Below are positions 61,014 to 64,000 of a DNA stretch of 64,000 nucleotides, piece by piece (position 1 is the stretch's first letter; each line of letters opens with the position of its first letter). The position numbers and the translations under genes were made by a program. The stretch is from the NCBI GenBank assembly GCA_963716055.1, contig CAVQSR010000004.1, positions 448,118 through 512,117 on the forward strand. The letters run 5' to 3'. This stretch comes from an uncultured Gemmatimonadales bacterium. Its GTDB lineage: Bacteria > Gemmatimonadota > Gemmatimonadetes > Gemmatimonadales > GWC2-71-9. Below the pieces are notes generated by a model. That model worked only from the letters and a program-made list of their open reading frames with translations, did not search any database and was not told the origin of the DNA.

Positions 61014-62224
61014 TCGCCGCCCTCATGCGCGCCACGTGACCCGGCCAAGACGTGGTCGTAGACCCTAAGCGTCTGTTCTGCAGTCCTTTCCCACGAAAAG
61101 TGCTTCCCCCGTCTTAGCGCTTGAATTCCTAGGCGCATTCGAAGGTCCGATCTACTCGTCACAGCTTTGATGGTTTCAACGATCTGGACCGATCTCCGAG
61201 GATCCACCAGAATGCCACCATCGGCCACAATCTCAGGAAGCCCAGCCCGATTCGAGACTATCACCGGAGTGCCGCAACACATCGCTTCCACAACGGGAAG
61301 GCCGAAGCTCTCCCATGAGAGGGAAACGAACGCTGTGGCACCTCGATAGAGCACAGGCAGGTCCTCATGGATCCGCTCAAGAAACACGACCTCCTGGCCA
61401 ACCGACAACTCCAGGGCACGAGCCAAGGACTTCGTACCATGCAAGTCGCCACCGATCCCAATCAGAACCAGTCCCTCGCTCACACCTGCCTTCTTGGCTT
61501 CAGCATAGGCCCTGAGAAGGCCGTCCACGTTCTTCCAGGGTTCAAACCCACCTACAAATACCAGATACTTGTCCGGGAGCCCATACTTGGCTTTCGCCCG
61601 TCTTACTGTGCCCGCAGTAATATCGGGAGTGAATCGGTCATCGGCTGCCTCATAGATCACATCGATCTTTTTCTCCGCCACTCCGAGCAGCTCGACCAGC
61701 TCCCATTTACCGTAGTTGGACACAGCAACGATCTTGTCCGCTGCGCTCAGGTAGACCGAACGAAGCAGGCTGTGGCGATGCCTTTGATATAGACCTTTCA
61801 AGCCATTCGCTTCTGGATAGTAGTCTGCAACTCGGCCCGCCAGTTCCCCTGTGGCCACCCAGCGTTTGAGGCTCTTGTCCAGGGCTCGGTGGTAGGTCAG
61901 CACGTTAGGGCAACCTTTCCATGCCGGAAGACCACCATCTGCCGGTGCATGAAAGATGTTGATATGATGACGCCTTAACGCGGCCGGCAGCAGAACTTGC
62001 TCCCACAGCAAGACTCTGGGGCTAACGATCGAAACTATCTCCGCGTTTATTTTCTCAGCGAAAGCGGGGTGGATCGGCGAACGTTGATCCGTAAACAAGA
62101 TCAGTTCGAGCTCTGTTCGCTTCTGAAGCTCGATCAGCAAGGACACTGTATAACGGTTGAACCCGCGTAGATTGTAGTCGCGGAGGTAACGAGCGTTAAA
62201 GCCGACGCGGATCCTCGCAGCCAA
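61010..62224 (-). CDS. Glycosyltransferase family 1 (intact)
   Basis: 404 aa. ...YLVFVGGFEPWKNVDGLL..., ...FVSLSWESFGLPVVEAMCCGTPVIVSNRAGLPEIV. 4-nt overlap with the downstream gene. Confidence 0.85.
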   Translation of the reverse strand: MAARIRVGFNARYLRDYNLRGFNRYTVSLLIELQKRTELELILFTDQRSPIHPAFAEKINAEIVSIVSPRVLLWEQVLLPAALRRHHINIFHAPADGGLPAWKGCPNVLTYHRALDKSLKRWVATGELAGRVADYYPEANGLKGLYQRHRHSLLRSVYLSAADKIVAVSNYGKWELVELLGVAEKKIDVIYEAADDRFTPDITAGTVRRAKAKYGLPDKYLVFVGGFEPWKNVDGLLRAYAEAKKAGVSEGLVLIGIGGDLHGTKSLARALELSVGQEVVFLERIHEDLPVLYRGATAFVSLSWESFGLPVVEAMCCGTPVIVSNRAGLPEIVADGGILVDPRRSVQIVETIKAVTSRSDLRMRLGIQALRRGKHFSWERTAEQTLRVYDHVLAGSRGAHEGGE

Positions 62225-62227
62225 TGG

Positions 62228-63070
62228 TCAGGACCGCCGGCCACATCGCAAGACCATCACCATTGGCCTGATCCGACCCGGGAAGAGCCGCATCAGCCAC
62301 TGACGTCGTATTCCGAAGTACCGTCCTCCCGCCAGCTTTTCCACGTGTTCGATTTCGAAGCCACTACGGGAGAGCTCCCCTCGGATGGGCTGAAGATCGC
62401 TGTAGCTGCGGACATGGCCTATCTGGTGCACTGGCTGGCCACAGTGAGGACAAATGAAATACGATTTTCTCAGATCAGATACAGGCTCAAGCGGCACCGA
62501 GAGAACGAGCGATCCCCGCTCGCCCAGCAACGAGTGTAGCCATCGTAGCACCGCGAAAGTCCGTGGCGCCTCAACATGCTCGAGCACTTCGAGCATCAGA
62601 ATTGCATCGAACGTGAGCCCTGGCCATGGGAGCTCACCGAGGTCAGCAATCGCAAAATGCCCTTTGAAACGACCGGCGGCTCGCTGTACCGATCCCTCTG
62701 AAATGTCGGTCCCGTAGATTTCGATGTTGGGGCGTTTTTCGGTCAGGTACTGCAGGGCGTGCCCCATGCCGATGCCAATCTCCAGGACTGTCTTGACCCC
62801 GGCCGGGATTAGCCTGACCGACATCTTGTTTCGCCAAACCGTGAAATCCAGCGTTGAGTCCTTGCCATCCAGCAAGAGGTCGTTCCACAGTAATTTGACA
62901 TGCCCCTGTCTTAGGAACGCATAACGAGGCTTGTAGAGCTCTTCGAAAACCTCTCCAGCCTCGACACTCGCGGCCTCTTTGCGTGCCTGCTCCATCATGA
63001 ACGGGTCCTGACTACATCCTGGGCACACTGCCTCTGAACCCGCCGGGCCCCCGCATCCCAAGCATGACAT
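62228..63070 (-). CDS. Class I SAM-dependent methyltransferase with possible N-terminal CxxC...CxxC zinc ribbon (alternative start 62998)
   Basis: VLEIGIGMGHALQYL (motif I), ...FDAILMLEVLEHV..., ...LVLSVP, and a C-terminal CPHCG. A start at 63070 gives MSCLGCGG...CPGC but overlaps wzx by 59 nt. Confidence 0.8.
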   Translation of the reverse strand: MSCLGCGGPAGSEAVCPGCSQDPFMMEQARKEAASVEAGEVFEELYKPRYAFLRQGHVKLLWNDLLLDGKDSTLDFTVWRNKMSVRLIPAGVKTVLEIGIGMGHALQYLTEKRPNIEIYGTDISEGSVQRAAGRFKGHFAIADLGELPWPGLTFDAILMLEVLEHVEAPRTFAVLRWLHSLLGERGSLVLSVPLEPVSDLRKSYFICPHCGQPVHQIGHVRSYSDLQPIRGELSRSGFEIEHVEKLAGGRYFGIRRQWLMRLFPGRIRPMVMVLRCGRRS

Positions 63071-64000
63071 ATTCACTAAGCGCCCCCCCGATACTCGTAC
63101 TCGACCACAATCGCGCCGCGGCGGCCTTAACCCACCGCCGCTCGTGCGTGGACAAGAACAACCAATAGCCGAGGACGACAGAGAATCCTGTGGCCACAAG
63201 CATAACAATAATTAGCGACGGCAAACCGCTCACGACGTGACGCAGCAACATCGCCACAGGCACGCTCACAATGCTCGTCTTGATCGCAGGGAGAAGGGTT
63301 GAACGCCCCCACAGACCAAGCGGTGACCCAGTAACGAAACGGCCGCAATACCACACGTCGAGAGCGGCGAGTGCTAGCAGCGAGAATGTCACCGACGCAG
63401 CCGCTCCCCCCAACCCCCAGACGGGAGTAAGTGCCATCAGGCCGACGACGTTCATAATGCCGGTGATGCCCATGAACAATGCCGTAACCCACGGGCGACC
63501 TGATCCTTCGATAGAGACCGCGTCCAAGCTAGCGACCGAAATCCATAGTCTGCCGAAGGCGAGAATGCGCAGCGGCGTAGCCCCGTGTGCGGCGAACTCC
63601 GGGCTCATCCAGTGATAGAGAATCTGATCGGCTAGGACGATCACAGCGAGTGTCGGTGCGAGGGTAAGCCACGTCACCACCCTGGCACTCTGCAGGTGCT
63701 GGTCTCGAAAGTCGGCAAGTTCTCCGCGGGCAATACTCGCGCTCGAGTGCGGAAACCCGACGGTCGCAGCGGCTGCGCCAAGCATGTTGAGCCGTTGCGA
63801 GACGGTGAACGGTATGGCGTAGTACGCCGCCATGGGGATCGACATGACTCGGGCGATCACTAGCCGATCGAGCTGCAGTAACGCGATGCTACCGAGCTGG
63901 TCGATAGCCATGAAGCTCCCGAACCCGAATAGCCGCTTCAGCCGTGGTCTGTCCATGCGGGGCACCGGATGAAATCCGGGAAGGAGCCGGCGCAGGACGG
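63012..64000 (-). CDS. Wzx-type polysaccharide flippase (MOP superfamily), partial: N-terminus beyond the window edge
   Basis: Polytopic protein. ...LKRLFGFGSFMAIDQLGSIALLQLDRLVIARV... is typical of the Wzx mid-region. The frame stays open to position 64000. Confidence 0.8.
   Translation of the reverse strand, partial: VLRRLLPGFHPVPRMDRPRLKRLFGFGSFMAIDQLGSIALLQLDRLVIARVMSIPMAAYYAIPFTVSQRLNMLGAAAATVGFPHSSASIARGELADFRDQHLQSARVVTWLTLAPTLAVIVLADQILYHWMSPEFAAHGATPLRILAFGRLWISVASLDAVSIEGSGRPWVTALFMGITGIMNVVGLMALTPVWGLGGAAASVTFSLLALAALDVWYCGRFVTGSPLGLWGRSTLLPAIKTSIVSVPVAMLLRHVVSGLPSLIIVMLVATGFSVVLGYWLFLSTHERRWVKAAAARLWSSTSIGGALSEYVMLGMRGPGGFRGSVPRM

Overview
This is a 64-kb, very G+C-rich bacterial chromosomal window with one tRNA and no rRNA or CRISPR array. 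The protein content (Ser/Thr kinase-TPR, BatA/DUF58, DUF4384, M28 peptidases, SurA/PpiC, NirK-cytochrome c) resembles Gemmatimonadota/Acidobacteriota-type genomes, but that placement is inference only.

Layout:
(1) 0.3-4.7 kb is an accessory patch with an ABM-like gene, hsp20, hicBA, an HTH gene, an IS3-OrfA fragment and three tyrosine-integrase remnants around tRNA-Ile(GAU).
(2) 4.8-7.5 kb is a Ser/Thr kinase-TPR gene split by one in-frame TAG.
(3) 7.9-12.4 kb is a minus-strand block: CDF transporter, S1-type protease plus small lipoprotein, typA, and a hyper-acidic small ORF.
(4) 12.5-24.1 kb holds a corC-type gene and a four-helix-bundle gene inside long inverted repeats, then pdxA-surA-ppiC-mfd-batA-DUF58 on the minus strand.
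(5) 24.2-37.8 kb holds a DUF4384 protein, two tandem M28 peptidases, rho, lepA, a vapBC cassette flanked by a duplicated lepA 3' end, nirK-cyt c, an orphan PIN gene, a GT9 heptosyltransferase, a ROK kinase and small lipoprotein/membrane genes.
(6) 37.8-64 kb is a Wzx/Wzy-type polysaccharide locus: SDR epimerase, WecA-like initiating transferase, Wzc, Wza, hybrid PAS kinase, about 10 glycosyltransferases, 3 methyltransferases, Wzy, a GT-C protein and Wzx. Its distal part from about 49.55 kb is visibly lower in G+C.

Two peculiarities run through the window. First, many conserved genes are broken by multiple frameshifts (typA, lepA, nirK, the second M28, GT9, the hybrid kinase, most genes from 46 to 57.5 kb), while neighbours are intact (for example about 13 kb from pdxA to the first M28). 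Second, gene ends carry several unrelated families of 7-16-nt tandem/inverted repeats, some of them in frame inside coding sequence.

I could not support a complete novel multi-gene system from sequence alone. The most unusual items are the repeat-bounded four-helix-bundle cassette, the vapBC insertion with lepA-end duplication, and the in-frame G-tract repeats.
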